Below, in pieces: positions 39,113-50,227 of a DNA stretch of 64,000 bases. Under the pieces are notes generated by a model. The model made no database searches. It worked only from the letters and a program-made list of their open reading frames with translations, and was not told where the DNA came from. The position numbers and the translations under genes are program-made. Where the stretch lies: contig CAXXLZ010000002.1 in NCBI GenBank assembly GCA_963675595.2, positions 2,272,001 through 2,336,000 on the forward strand. Reading direction: 5' to 3'. The first letter of the stretch is position 1. Each line of letters begins with the position of its first letter. The DNA is from Thermodesulfobacteriota bacterium. Its GTDB lineage: Bacteria; Desulfobacterota; Desulfarculia; JACQYL01.

Positions 39113-42100
39113 CTATTGACCCGACGGGTTCGACGGCGGATCGGAGTTCGTTACCGCTTCGTCGGACCTCAAGCTGAATGTATCGGATTTGAACAGAAGC
39201 CGGTACGCCTGCTCGAAATCGGAAAGATAGTGCGCCTTATCCCCTTGTTTATAGCGAGCGGTGCCCCTGGAAAACAAACATACGATCTCTGCAATCTCAG
39301 GATCCAGACTCTCAAACGAAGACGGTCGGAGGCCGAGCCGCTGAAATTCAGCCGGCGGGGATTCGCCCACCAGTTCCATCGCCCGCGTAAAGGCTTCTTC
39401 AGCTCTCTGAAACTGAAACATCTTGAGATGCATGAGCCCTTTCCTAAAGAAGGCGCCACCATTCTTGGGAGCGAGTTCAACCACTTTGGAAAAATCTTTG
39501 GCCGCAAGATCGTATTCCAGTAATCCCTGATAGGCTTTACCTCGGAGGTAATGGAAAATCGCACGATCGGGATCGTAAACGATGGCTTCGGAATAATCCG
39601 ACACCGCAAGATCGACCTCACCCCGACTCTGATACCCGGTTCCCCGACCAACGAGAAAATCGGCAAAGGATTCGGAGGAACTCGCGTCTATCACCTGCTT
39701 TATGCGTTCGAGCAACTTGATCTCGCGCTCCTTTTCCAGGAAAGCCATACTCCTGCCGAGGCCGAACAACACGCTTTCTGAAGAAGCCCCTGCTTCAGCG
39801 GCCTTGAAGAAATCCTCCACGGCTTCGGAGTGACGTCCCATGCCTTGGAGCGCCCTAGCCCGCCCCAGGTAAGCCTCTCCCAGCTTTGAGTTGATGGAAA
39901 GAGCGCGGTCCAGGTCTCGCAGGGCGGGATCCCAAAGAAGCAACGCAAGGTATGCCTCTCCGCGCTTCAACCAGGCAAGCGCTGATTCCGGATGCTCTCT
40001 GATTTTCTTGGTACATTTGAACACGCCTGAAGGAGAAAGCCCCGTGTCGAGATAGATTTCGCCCTTTATCACGCGGCCCGCACCCACCGGCACACGGGTT
40101 TCCTTCGATCCGGATTTCAGTGAGTGCACGGGTTCAGGGGGCGCAACATCCGCACCGATCACCATACGGTAAGCCTCCAGCGCGTCCTCCCGCGCCAAGC
40201 TCATGCCGCCCGCTCTCGAATAACTCGCTCCCCTGGAAATGAGAAACAGAGGCAGCCTTAGATCGGCAGAAACTCCCAAGAACCGGGATGACGCAGCTAA
40301 ATCGCTCGAAAAAACGCTTCCGGAGCGCTCCAACTCGATGGCTGTCTCAAAATCCCGAATCGCCTCCAATGGTTTATGTAGGACGGCATAAGTCTTTCCT
40401 CGCAGGTAAAACGGGTCCGCGGTCGGATGTCCGTCCTCCATCGCAAGCGTATATTCGGCCAAAGCCTCTTCGGGGTGATGGGAAGCCAAACGGACGTTGC
40501 CCGACAACAGCCTGATTCCCGGTAGCTCCGCCGCCTCCAATGCCGTGCGGAAACGCTCCAAAGCCTCTTCAAGATTTCCCCCATCCGCTTCCCCCAGCGC
40601 CAACCCCGCCAGGTACGCAGCCAATGCATCCCGGCCTAATGCCTGCGAATCGATCGACGCAACGGGATCCGGATATTGGGCACTTGTCACGCCGGCGCCC
40701 GCCAGTCGGCCTGAGGCGAAGGCCGCCTTAACGAGCCCCGCATTGCTCTTCAACGCATTCAGGTAATCGTCCAGCGCCCGATCAAATTGAGAGGTCTCTT
40801 CGTACAATTCGCCTCTCTCCATCAACAAGCCCGGATCCGCTCCCCCGTATTCCAGTGCTCTACCGAGGCTTTCGCAGGCGGCTTCCTGCAATCCCAAGGC
40901 CCGCTGAACGGCACCCTTGACTCGATAAGCCTTCGGCAAATCCGAATCCAACGACAACGCTTTGGCCACATCCGCAGCGGCCGCTCCGTAATTTTTCAGC
41001 GCCATTCGAGCTTCCGCCCGCCCCAAGTATCCGTCGGGTCGGCCCGGGTTTGAGCGGATCAGCGTGTCGAAAGATGAAAGGGCCCGGTCGGGCTTGCCGG
41101 ATGCGAGGAGAGCTTTGCCCTGAATCCGCAAAGCGTCGGGATTCCCGGGAGCCCGCTTCAGAGCCTTTGTCGCGTCCTGAACGACGGCATCCCACACGCC
41201 GCGTTTCAAGTATAGTTCACCTCGCGTCAACAGTCCTCTCAATGAGTTGGGCTCCATTGCGAGGGCACGATTCGCATCGGCAAGGGCGGCTTCCCCGTCT
41301 CCCACCTGTTCCCGAAGTCGGGCACGCTGTAGGAGCACTTCAACGTCACCCGGCGCCGCTTCGAAGGCCGCGTCCAATTCCTCGAGGGCCTGAACCGGCA
41401 TTCCCCTCTCATAAAAACCGGAGGCACGCCCCATCAGAAAGTGCGCGTAGCATCTCCGTCCGTCGTCGGTTTCCATGTGGAAATCGTCTCGAGTCGGCGT
41501 TGTTCCGGATTGCGACTCCTCAAGAACGAGACTTCGCCCCAACGCTTCATGCGCATCGAAAAAGACGGGATCCGACTTCAAGAGCTCCTCGAATCGAGTC
41601 ACGGCTGCGGCATGTTCACCGCGAGACTGCCAAATCAGGCCTTGAAGGAACAGGAGTTCCCGATCCTCCGGTTTCCATCGGAGCCCCTCCTCCACATCAT
41701 GGTCCGCCGGCTCCGTCAGCCCCAAATCCAGGTAAGCCCTCGCTCGCATCCGATACGCTTCAGGTACCTCCGGCTTCAGCTCGGCGGCGCGCGAAAGCTC
41801 CCAAATGGCGGAATCCGGTCGGCCGTTGGCCAAGAATGTCGCAGCATCGGCAATCCGCCGCCGAAAACCGGAGAGGGCGGCCGCCGCACCCACTTTGCCG
41901 AAGCCGAATTCGGCGGTTGGCTTCAGATTTTCAATCAGGGAAGAATACGCGGTAAAAAGTTCGTCTCTCCCCAATTCAATTCGGCCCTGTTTCCCCAAGA
42001 GCCTTCCTCGGCACAGGTGTAGGAAGGGGGACGTCGCTTCGGGGCCCAACGACTCGATTCGCGAGCATCTTCGGACTAGAATTTCTCGGATATCCGTGCC

Positions 42101-43759
42101 CTCGACCTCTTCGGCGTGAAGCGCACGCCCGTAATCCCAAAGAGCCCGATGCGGTTCGCCTGCGGCCTCATAAGCCTTTCCCCGATAATAAAGACCCGAT
42201 TTCGATGATGGTTCCAGCGTCAAGGCCTGATCCATGTCTCCGATCGCGACCACGATTCGGCCCAGGGCGAGGTTGGCCTGTCCCTTGAGTATCCACGCAG
42301 AAGCCGACTTGGGTTCCCCGGCCACCGCTTTTTCCAGTTGCTCGAGAGCTTCGGCGGGGCGTCTCATGTCCAATAGGACCCGGCCGAGCAGGCAGCGGGC
42401 CTCGGCTTCCAGTTCCCCGCTTTGGATACTTTCCAGATCCTTTATCGCGATCTCGTAGAAGCCGAGCCGGCGACAGGCCGCAGCACGGAACAGCCGAAGC
42501 TCCGCCGAGCCCGGATTTTCGTTCAACAGGCCCGTCAAGAGCCTGTATGCTTTGTGGTCTTGCCCGGCGAGCAATTGGGAAACCGCTTGAGATCGAACCT
42601 CTTCCGGGTTGTCGGATGAAACATCTTCGGTCCGGTCCGGCGGGGCAATATCATGGATATCGATCCCCAGCACCTTCCCGAGTCCCAGGACAATGTCTTC
42701 ATTCGCCCGGTTCACGAATCCGGCCCGCTGAAGAAGGCTTCCCCGTGCCACCAGCAGCATCCCGAAGGCCGCCGTGGAATCATACGAGGGAGGAATTCCG
42801 AATTGAGGCAACTTCCATCCCCGCGCCCGAAACGATGAGGACGGGAATTCCTCCACCAGCCGATCGAAATCTTCAAGAGCCTCGGGCATTCGTACCATGT
42901 TCCGGCGGAGCCGGCCTCGAAGAAAGAGGGCCCAAACCAGCCGATCGTCGATTTCCAGCGCCCTGGAATACTCCTTCAAGGCATTCTTGGTTCGGCCTTT
43001 CTTCTCATACAGGAGCCCCAAGAGGCAGTGGACCTCGGGCATTTCCGGATTCAATTTCAGGGCCTCCCGATAATCCACGGCTGCTTCCGCCACGCGGCCT
43101 GATTTGTGAAGCACCGCTCCTCGAAAGGCATATGCCTCAGCCTGAGTGGGGTTGGATTCAATGATGCGAGCGCACTCGGAAAGGGCCGCCTCAACGTCGC
43201 CATGATCGTAATACAGCATGGCCCGGCTCAGGCGAGAGCCGATGAGGGAAGGATCCAGCGATAGAGCCCGGTCATAATCCATTGATGCATTGTCCGGCTC
43301 CCCTGCCTCCAGGTAAGTTTCAGCCCGCAGGTTAAGCAACTCCGTATTGTCCGGCTCGGCGTGCAGGACTTTGGAGTAATCGTCCAACGCCTCAGCCAAC
43401 CTTCCCAGCCGCCGCAGAGCGGCTCCCCTTTTGAGCAACAGCTCTCGGTCTTTCGGGAATGCGCCGATCGCTGCGTCAAGATCCGAGATCGCCGCTTGGG
43501 TTTGTCCCATTTCGAGATAAACTTGAGCGCGCAGTGGATATGCAGCCGAGAAATCCGGGGCCTCCGAAAGGACACGGTTGAGTTCGGTCAATGCCTCGGA
43601 ATATCGTCCCTCCCGCACCAGAGCCTCTCCGCGATGATAGACAGCCTGTAGTTCCGAGGATCGACGATGGTGATGCACTCCCCAAATGCCGCCGACGGCC
43701 AAGCCGACCAGGAGCAGCACGAGAACAAACGGATTGAGTCCAAGAAAGCGTGATTTCAT
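39113..43759 (-). CDS. Very large membrane-anchored tetratricopeptide-repeat protein
   Basis: N-terminal hydrophobic segment (FVLVLLLVGLAVGGIW) followed by dozens of TPR-pattern repeats (RG..Y...G....A..D...AL.L.P). Start could be 43867. Confidence 0.88.
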   Translation of the reverse strand: MKSRFLGLNPFVLVLLLVGLAVGGIWGVHHHRRSSELQAVYHRGEALVREGRYSEALTELNRVLSEAPDFSAAYPLRAQVYLEMGQTQAAISDLDAAIGAFPKDRELLLKRGAALRRLGRLAEALDDYSKVLHAEPDNTELLNLRAETYLEAGEPDNASMDYDRALSLDPSLIGSRLSRAMLYYDHGDVEAALSECARIIESNPTQAEAYAFRGAVLHKSGRVAEAAVDYREALKLNPEMPEVHCLLGLLYEKKGRTKNALKEYSRALEIDDRLVWALFLRGRLRRNMVRMPEALEDFDRLVEEFPSSSFRARGWKLPQFGIPPSYDSTAAFGMLLVARGSLLQRAGFVNRANEDIVLGLGKVLGIDIHDIAPPDRTEDVSSDNPEEVRSQAVSQLLAGQDHKAYRLLTGLLNENPGSAELRLFRAAACRRLGFYEIAIKDLESIQSGELEAEARCLLGRVLLDMRRPAEALEQLEKAVAGEPKSASAWILKGQANLALGRIVVAIGDMDQALTLEPSSKSGLYYRGKAYEAAGEPHRALWDYGRALHAEEVEGTDIREILVRRCSRIESLGPEATSPFLHLCRGRLLGKQGRIELGRDELFTAYSSLIENLKPTAEFGFGKVGAAAALSGFRRRIADAATFLANGRPDSAIWELSRAAELKPEVPEAYRMRARAYLDLGLTEPADHDVEEGLRWKPEDRELLFLQGLIWQSRGEHAAAVTRFEELLKSDPVFFDAHEALGRSLVLEESQSGTTPTRDDFHMETDDGRRCYAHFLMGRASGFYERGMPVQALEELDAAFEAAPGDVEVLLQRARLREQVGDGEAALADANRALAMEPNSLRGLLTRGELYLKRGVWDAVVQDATKALKRAPGNPDALRIQGKALLASGKPDRALSSFDTLIRSNPGRPDGYLGRAEARMALKNYGAAAADVAKALSLDSDLPKAYRVKGAVQRALGLQEAACESLGRALEYGGADPGLLMERGELYEETSQFDRALDDYLNALKSNAGLVKAAFASGRLAGAGVTSAQYPDPVASIDSQALGRDALAAYLAGLALGEADGGNLEEALERFRTALEAAELPGIRLLSGNVRLASHHPEEALAEYTLAMEDGHPTADPFYLRGKTYAVLHKPLEAIRDFETAIELERSGSVFSSDLAASSRFLGVSADLRLPLFLISRGASYSRAGGMSLAREDALEAYRMVIGADVAPPEPVHSLKSGSKETRVPVGAGRVIKGEIYLDTGLSPSGVFKCTKKIREHPESALAWLKRGEAYLALLLWDPALRDLDRALSINSKLGEAYLGRARALQGMGRHSEAVEDFFKAAEAGASSESVLFGLGRSMAFLEKEREIKLLERIKQVIDASSSESFADFLVGRGTGYQSRGEVDLAVSDYSEAIVYDPDRAIFHYLRGKAYQGLLEYDLAAKDFSKVVELAPKNGGAFFRKGLMHLKMFQFQRAEEAFTRAMELVGESPPAEFQRLGLRPSSFESLDPEIAEIVCLFSRGTARYKQGDKAHYLSDFEQAYRLLFKSDTFSLRSDEAVTNSDPPSNPSGQ

Positions 43760-43929
43760 CGAGGCACTTTGTTCCAATGGAAGAGAAGAAGTCTTTACGG
43801 CCCCACCGGGCCCGGTTTGTGAAACGAACTTGCAGGTATCATAAGGCCGAATTGAACTATACCGCATCGAACAAAGATGTCCAATGATCTGTGGTTCGCC
43901 GCCGGCGCAAAAAAATCCCGATCTTACTC

Positions 43930-43958
43930 CTGAAAAGGACCACGGCTTGAGGTATAAT
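43930..43958 (+). promoter_or_regulatory. Sigma-70 promoter for the hybrid kinase
   Basis: CTGAAA-N17-TATAAT about 210 nt upstream of ATG 44167. Confidence 0.5.
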
Positions 43959-44166
43959 CGTCGGCAGGGAGGAAAGGACCGGCACGAAGGTTAGCTCCTT
44001 TGCTTCGCGGGATCGTGTAACCCCGGGCAAGTTCGGGACACGAAAGCGGGAAGCGGCCGAACGTATCCGAACGGTCAACTTGGCCGGGTTTGATGGGCCG
44101 AGGGGTTGGGCCCGGTCTCCGCCTCCAATCGGAGGACCAACCTTCCGGTAGCGCGAGGAAGAGGTT

Positions 44167-47100
44167 ATGAGAGAGGAGAATGGAAGCGGCCATGAGGCGT
44201 CGGTTGATGAAATGGATCAGCTCAAGAATCGGCTGAGGGTGTATGAGAATCGTTGTTCTCTCTTTTTGAGAGGCTTCGGCGACGCTGTTTACATTTTCCC
44301 CGTGTGGCCGGGCAACGTTCCCGGCAAATTCGAAGAAGTCAACGAAGCCGCCTGCTCCATGTTGGGTTACTCCCGGGAGGCGTTTCTGGAAATGTCGCCC
44401 TTGGATATTGAAGCCCCCACGCCCACCCCATCCATCACGGCAATCCTCGGAACGCTGTCCCTCAACCAACCCCAAACATTCATCACCGCCCAGAAGTCCC
44501 GAACCGGACGAAACATACCCGTCGAACTCAGTATCCGTCTTTTTGCTCATAACGGAAAGACCATGGCGGCCTCCATCGCTCGTCGGCCCTCGGACTCCGA
44601 TTTGCAGAAAACGGCTCCCGGCACCGAACAGGAGAAGTACAAGGCGGTTTTCGAGAACGCGGGCATAGGCATGGACCTTGTGGATAATGACGGCCGTTTC
44701 ATCGAAGTAAATGCCGCTTTGGCTCGTATGCTCGGTTATACGCAAGAAGAACTACAGCACATGGCCATCCATGACGTCACTCATCCGGATGACAAGGAAA
44801 TTTCCGATCACTATCTTCGGGGGGCGATCTCAGGGGCCTTCCCCTCGTATCGGATAGAGAAGCGTTATCGCCGAAAAGACGGGACTACCCTGTGGGCCGA
44901 CCTATCCGTCTCTGCGGTAAGAGATTCCACCGGCCGCCATGTGTCCACCATCGGAGTCATCCAAGACATTACCCATCGCAAACAGACGGAGGATGCCCTC
45001 CGGGCCAAAGAGGAGAAATATCGAACACTGGTTGAAAACGCCGGAGACGCAATCTATGTCGCTCAAGAGGGCACGCTGATTTACCTGAACTCAAAGACTG
45101 AAGAGATATCCGGGTATACCGAACAGGAATTGAAATCCAGGCCGTTCATCGAGTTCATCCATCCGGATGATCGTGCGATGGTGTTGGAGAGACACATAAG
45201 GAGACAACAGGGAGAGGACCTCCCTTCTCAATATTCCTTCAGGATCGTCCGACGTTCCGGAGAAATTCGCTGGGTGGAACTGAACGTCGTTTGTTTGAAA
45301 TGGGAAGGGAAAAACGCCACTCTCAACTTCGTGAGCGACATCACCGAGCGCAAGCAAGCCGAAGATACCATTGCGCGTCGACTGACCTTTGAGCGGCTGC
45401 TTTCACGTATTTCCTCCAAGGCGGTGAAAGCGGACAATCTGCAGGAATTTTTGGATGACTGTTTGGCGGACATGTGTGGGACCTTGGGCGCGACTCACGC
45501 CCACCTTTTTGAGCACTGCGAGGAAACCGACACCATAGACCGGATATCCTCCATGCGCGCCGATGGAAGGTCCCTTGGTGAAGTGCCCCACGGCAACGAA
45601 TCGGATTCCCTCCCCTCCTGCTGGACGCAAGAGCTGCGCAACGGCCGAGTAATCCGTTGCGACGACGTTGAGAGAATCTCCGACGACGAGACAAGAGCAT
45701 ATTTGCGTCGCGGCAATATCCTCTCCGTCTTGGCCGTCCCGCTTTTCGTCGGGAAGAGTTATTACGGTTTTGTTCGCTTCGACATATGCGGAGCCCATTA
45801 CCCATGGCCGCGGGAGTGCCTGGAACTTTTACCCGCCCTCTCCGGAATCATGTCCGGCGTCATAGAACGAAGACGGGCGGATGAGGCCATTCAGACGGCG
45901 GAGGAAACCTACAGGACCATCTTTCTCAATTCTCAAATCGGTTTGTTCAGGACCGACATGAAGACCGGCCTGATGCTGGACGCAAACGATGCCGTGGCAC
46001 AGTTCGCCGGGTACAAGGACAGGGAGGAACTGCTCGCGGATCGGTTCAACATCGCGGAGCGCTACGTGGGCCCGGACGACCGGCAAAGAATGATTTCTCA
46101 ATTAGAGGCCAAGGGTGAGATAAGAAATTTCGAGGCACCCTTCAGGAAGAACGACGGTTCCGTCATACTCGTTCGATTCTCCGGCAGAGTTCACCATGAT
46201 AAGGGATGGATCGAAGGAGTATCCGAAGACATCACGGAACGAAAGCTGGCGGAGGAGGCGTTGCGCGAAAGCATCCTGCGTTACGAACTCGTTCTGGAGG
46301 GGGCTTCCGGGGGTATTTGGGATTGGGACGTGGCCAAGAAACGTGTGCACTTCTCCTCCAGTTGGAAAGCTATGCGCGGCTACGACGACAACGAAATAGG
46401 CACCGACGAGTCTGAGTGGAGTAAGAGGATTCATCCTGACGACGCCCCTCGAATCATGGAAGGAGTCCGGGCCCACTTCGCCGGGGAATCCCCCTTCTTC
46501 GAAGAAGAATACCGTGTTCGCTGCAAAGACGGCTCCTGCAAATGGGTTCTTGCCCGCGGCAAAGCGTTCCGCGATGCAAACGGTCGGATCGTGCGAATGG
46601 CGGGATCGGAAATCGACATTACCGAGCGGAAACGTACCGAAGCGGAGCGGGTGAGGCTGCAGGCTCAGTTGACTCAGGCTCAAAAGATGGAATCCGTGGG
46701 CCGTCTCGCGGGAGGCGTGGCCCATGACTTCAACAACATGTTGGGCGTGATTCTCGGTCAGACCGAGATGGCGCTGGCCCAGACCGATCCCGCCCATCCG
46801 TTATTCGCCCGTCTCCACGAAATCCAAAAGGCGGCCCAGCGCTCCGCGGACCTTACCCGGCAATTGCTCGCATTCGCCCGCAGGCAAACCATCAGCCCCA
46901 AGATTCTTGACTTGAATGAGACCGTGGAGGGGATGCTCAGAATGCTGAGGCGCCTCATCGGCGAGGACATCGATTTGGCTTGGCATCCCGGCAGAAACCT
47001 TTGGCCGGTCAAGATGGACCCTTCCCAAATAGACCAAATTTTGGCCAACCTGTGCATCAACGCCCGCGATGCCATTGCCTGTGTGGGGAAGGTCACCATA

Positions 47101-47802
47101 GAAACGGGCAAGGCGAATTTTGACGAAGAATACTGTGCGGACCGCCCTGGATTGGTTCCGGGCGAGTACGTTTTGCTGTCCGTGGCCGACAACGGTTGCG
47201 GTATGGAAAAGGCGACACTGGCCAATCTCTTCGAGCCCTTTTTCACCACCAAGGAGATGGGCAAAGGTACGGGCCTTGGATTGGCGACGGTCTACGGCAT
47301 TGTGAAACAGAACAACGGATTCATTGAAGTCCACAGCGAAAAGGGACTGGGCACCGTTTTCAAGCTCTACCTCCCGAAGCACGAGGGCCTGGAGGAGCCG
47401 ACCAACGTTGAATGCGTCATCAAAGATGTGGCTCGAGGCCACGAGACCATTCTTCTGGTTGAGGATGAAACGGCCATATTGGACATGGCTAAAACCATGC
47501 TGGAGAGGCTCGGATACCGGGTCGTGGCCGCCTGCACTCCCGGTGAAGCCATCCGATTAGCCGAGGACCACGCCGAAGAAATCAATCTGCTCATGACCGA
47601 TGTCGTCATGCCCGAGATGAACGGTCGGGAGTTGGCCGAACGCCTGCTTACCCTGTACCCGAACCTCAAATGCCTCTTTACGTCGGGCTACACCGCCGAC
47701 GTGATCGCGCATCACGGCGTCCTCGATGAGGGCTTGAACTTCATTCAGAAGCCTTTCTTGTTTCAGGATCTGGCCTTCAAACTGCGAGAGCTGTTGTCGT
47801 GA
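44167..47802 (+). CDS. Cytoplasmic hybrid sensor histidine kinase (5 PAS, GAF, HisKA, HATPase, REC)
   Basis: Repeated HPDD/DITERK motifs; [21 protein letters not shown]; NARDA; DNGCGM; [13 protein letters not shown]; receiver LLVEDE...MTDVVMP...QKPF. No TM segment seen. Confidence 0.94.
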   Translation: MREENGSGHEASVDEMDQLKNRLRVYENRCSLFLRGFGDAVYIFPVWPGNVPGKFEEVNEAACSMLGYSREAFLEMSPLDIEAPTPTPSITAILGTLSLNQPQTFITAQKSRTGRNIPVELSIRLFAHNGKTMAASIARRPSDSDLQKTAPGTEQEKYKAVFENAGIGMDLVDNDGRFIEVNAALARMLGYTQEELQHMAIHDVTHPDDKEISDHYLRGAISGAFPSYRIEKRYRRKDGTTLWADLSVSAVRDSTGRHVSTIGVIQDITHRKQTEDALRAKEEKYRTLVENAGDAIYVAQEGTLIYLNSKTEEISGYTEQELKSRPFIEFIHPDDRAMVLERHIRRQQGEDLPSQYSFRIVRRSGEIRWVELNVVCLKWEGKNATLNFVSDITERKQAEDTIARRLTFERLLSRISSKAVKADNLQEFLDDCLADMCGTLGATHAHLFEHCEETDTIDRISSMRADGRSLGEVPHGNESDSLPSCWTQELRNGRVIRCDDVERISDDETRAYLRRGNILSVLAVPLFVGKSYYGFVRFDICGAHYPWPRECLELLPALSGIMSGVIERRRADEAIQTAEETYRTIFLNSQIGLFRTDMKTGLMLDANDAVAQFAGYKDREELLADRFNIAERYVGPDDRQRMISQLEAKGEIRNFEAPFRKNDGSVILVRFSGRVHHDKGWIEGVSEDITERKLAEEALRESILRYELVLEGASGGIWDWDVAKKRVHFSSSWKAMRGYDDNEIGTDESEWSKRIHPDDAPRIMEGVRAHFAGESPFFEEEYRVRCKDGSCKWVLARGKAFRDANGRIVRMAGSEIDITERKRTEAERVRLQAQLTQAQKMESVGRLAGGVAHDFNNMLGVILGQTEMALAQTDPAHPLFARLHEIQKAAQRSADLTRQLLAFARRQTISPKILDLNETVEGMLRMLRRLIGEDIDLAWHPGRNLWPVKMDPSQIDQILANLCINARDAIACVGKVTIETGKANFDEEYCADRPGLVPGEYVLLSVADNGCGMEKATLANLFEPFFTTKEMGKGTGLGLATVYGIVKQNNGFIEVHSEKGLGTVFKLYLPKHEGLEEPTNVECVIKDVARGHETILLVEDETAILDMAKTMLERLGYRVVAACTPGEAIRLAEDHAEEINLLMTDVVMPEMNGRELAERLLTLYPNLKCLFTSGYTADVIAHHGVLDEGLNFIQKPFLFQDLAFKLRELLS

Positions 47803-48090
47803 ACCAACCGATTCCGATTCATCGCCCTCTCTCTGAGCGGTTCCGCGATGTACATGTTCGCGATGATTGCCGACCCGTTCTTTCTTGCACGCTTCAAGCG
47901 CCGGCAATGAAAGGCATCGGAAACAACGAGACTGAAATTTGAAAGGAGGGAAAGAAGCCCATTGAGCCGAGGAAATGGGCCCGACCGGCGGCCGCTCTTT
48001 GGTTGGGACGGACGTAGTCAATGAGAGTCCGTGACGTGCGCGGGCGAAATGCCTGCGGGATGATTGAGAGGACAAGGGGGAGACGAAGTG

Positions 48091-49677
48091 ATGATTTGGC
48101 TGAAAAATCTGAAGATCGGTACCAGAGTAGGGCTTGGCTTCACCGTTATTATCATTTTCATGCTACTGATCGGGTATGGCGGTTTTCTTGGTGTCAATAC
48201 CGTAAAATACGAGCTAAACGACATCTTTGAGACCAGATTTCCCAGCCTTGATTACCTGATCGAGGCCGACCGCGACCTTCAACAGCTCCTCGTTGCGGAA
48301 AGGTCCATGATCTTCGCCGACGCGAACTCCGAGGTCTTCAGGCGGTTGCTTCAAGATTACGAGCAGAACCTGAAGCAATCGGAAGAACGGATAGGCAAAT
48401 ACGCCGCTCTCTCCATTACCCCGGAAGAGCGTAAAATCATACTTGAGTACGAGTCCGCCGCGAAAGAATGGAAGGAGGTGTCCAGGCGGGTGCTGGAAGC
48501 TCGGATGGCGGATACTCCCGAAAGTCGTCGAGAAGCCACTGACCTCACCTTGGGCGAGGCGGAAAAGAAATTCGAAGAAATGAGGGAGTATATCGACACA
48601 TTGACGGAGCTGGTACTCAAGCTCGCGCGAGAAGCTCATCAAAACGCCGAAAGCATGTATGACAGGACCATCTACACGCTTATCGGAATCATAGGCGTCG
48701 GCTTACTGGTGGGCATTGTGTTGATGTGGCTCATGAATCGGGCGATCACGCGTCCCCTGAGAGCCGCCATTGAAGGATTGACCGGCATTTCGATGCAGGT
48801 GGCCTCCGCCTCCGGCGAGGTGGCGTCTTCGAGTCAACAACTGGCAGAGGGTTCGTCCGAGCAGGCGGCGTCTTTGGAGCAGACTTCGGCCTCACTGGAA
48901 GAAATGTCTTCCATGACCCGGCAGAATGCGAACAACGCCGGGAATGCCGATGGCCTGATGAAAGGGGCGCAAGAGGTGGTGGACATGGCGAATACGTCCA
49001 TGTCCCAACTCACGGCCGCTATGGAGGAGATATCCAATGCCGGCGCCGAGACATCGAAGATCGTCAAAACCATCGACGAGATAGCTTTTCAGACCAATCT
49101 GCTGGCGTTGAACGCCGCGGTGGAGGCCGCCCGCGCAGGTGAAGCCGGAGCCGGTTTCGCGGTGGTGGCTGACGAAGTGCGGAACTTGGCCATGCGCGCT
49201 GCGGATGCCGCCAAGAACACGGCCGGTCTGATCGAGTCCACCATCAAGAAAGTCGGTGACGGGTCGGAACTGGTCACCAAGACGAACGGCGCCTTTTCCG
49301 AGGTGGCCGCCAACTCTAAAAAAGCGGCCGAGCTGGTCGCGGAAATCGCCGCGGCTTCCAACGAGCAGGCCCAAGGCATCCAGCAGGTCGGGATCGCCAT
49401 CGCCGAGATGGACAAAGTGACTCAAAGGAACGCGGCCAACGCCGAAGAGTCCGCCTCCGCCTCGGAGCAAATGAGCGCCCAGGCGGAACAAATGAAAACG
49501 TACGTTGGCTATTTGGAGAGGTTGGTCGGCAGCCGTAGGGAAGAGTCGCAAACACGGCGGATCGGTTTTTCCCGTGCCGGACGAAAAGGGTCTCCGGCTG
49601 ATGCTGCGGGCGGGAGAAAGAGTCTACCGGCTTCGACGGGTATCGTCAGGCATTCCGGCTCGAAACAGCAGGAATAG
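48091..49677 (+). CDS. Methyl-accepting chemotaxis protein with four-helix-bundle sensor domain
   Basis: Two TM helices; [37 protein letters not shown]; methylation helices EQAASLEQ and [10 protein letters not shown]. Confidence 0.95.
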   Translation: MIWLKNLKIGTRVGLGFTVIIIFMLLIGYGGFLGVNTVKYELNDIFETRFPSLDYLIEADRDLQQLLVAERSMIFADANSEVFRRLLQDYEQNLKQSEERIGKYAALSITPEERKIILEYESAAKEWKEVSRRVLEARMADTPESRREATDLTLGEAEKKFEEMREYIDTLTELVLKLAREAHQNAESMYDRTIYTLIGIIGVGLLVGIVLMWLMNRAITRPLRAAIEGLTGISMQVASASGEVASSSQQLAEGSSEQAASLEQTSASLEEMSSMTRQNANNAGNADGLMKGAQEVVDMANTSMSQLTAAMEEISNAGAETSKIVKTIDEIAFQTNLLALNAAVEAARAGEAGAGFAVVADEVRNLAMRAADAAKNTAGLIESTIKKVGDGSELVTKTNGAFSEVAANSKKAAELVAEIAAASNEQAQGIQQVGIAIAEMDKVTQRNAANAEESASASEQMSAQAEQMKTYVGYLERLVGSRREESQTRRIGFSRAGRKGSPADAAGGRKSLPASTGIVRHSGSKQQE

Positions 49678-49957
49678 GTTGGATATCCGCGCCGTAAGGA
49701 CCTGGACGAAACCGACGAATGGTCGGCCCGTCAAATCCGCTGGTTGTCCGCTTTGTTATCGCCGGAAAGCTTGCGTGTAACCTGGGTCCTTCTGTGGACT
49801 TCGACTTCACTGACCTGGGTGATGATCTTTTTGGGGGGCCGTACGCACGAAGAACGGCCCGATCGGCACATCCGATCCAACTTGGAGACGACCGCGTTTG
49901 CCGAATGGGGGCTTCGGATCGCGGTCTGAACTTAATCCCCGGATGAGGAACGGTTTC

Positions 49958-50164
49958 ATGGAAGCACCGGGCAGGAAAAGAGCCTCCCGCGGGGGAAGAC
50001 ACAAACAGCACCGATGCCACGTATGCGGGACCGAAGTGCCCTTCTGTTGGTCGTGCACCTGCGGTTTTCAAATCTGTCAGGCCTGCATGGACTTGAACAA
50101 GTGGGGAATGAGCAACGACGTGACCTGGATATGTCCCGACTGCGGCAGGATGCGCAGTTTTTGA
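49958..50164 (+). CDS. Small Cys-rich zinc-finger protein (RING C4C4-like spacing)
   Basis: 68 aa with 9 Cys: CHVC...CWSCTCGFQICQAC...WICPDC; RBS GAGGA. Confidence 0.75.
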   Translation: MEAPGRKRASRGGRHKQHRCHVCGTEVPFCWSCTCGFQICQACMDLNKWGMSNDVTWICPDCGRMRSF

Positions 50165-50193
50165 AAAAACCGGGAGCCGGAGGAAAAGATCAG

Positions 50194-50217
50194 GGGGCTT
50201 CCGGCTCCGGAAGCCCC
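50194..50217. terminator. Hairpin between convergent zinc-finger and fba genes
   Basis: GGGGCTTCCG-GCTC-CGGAAGCCCC. Confidence 0.6.
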
Positions 50218-50227
50218 TTATGCATGG

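Noticed and set aside
43979-43996. CGGCACGAAGGTTAGC as a sigma-54 promoter
   Set aside because: GG-to-GC spacing is 11 nt rather than the required 10.
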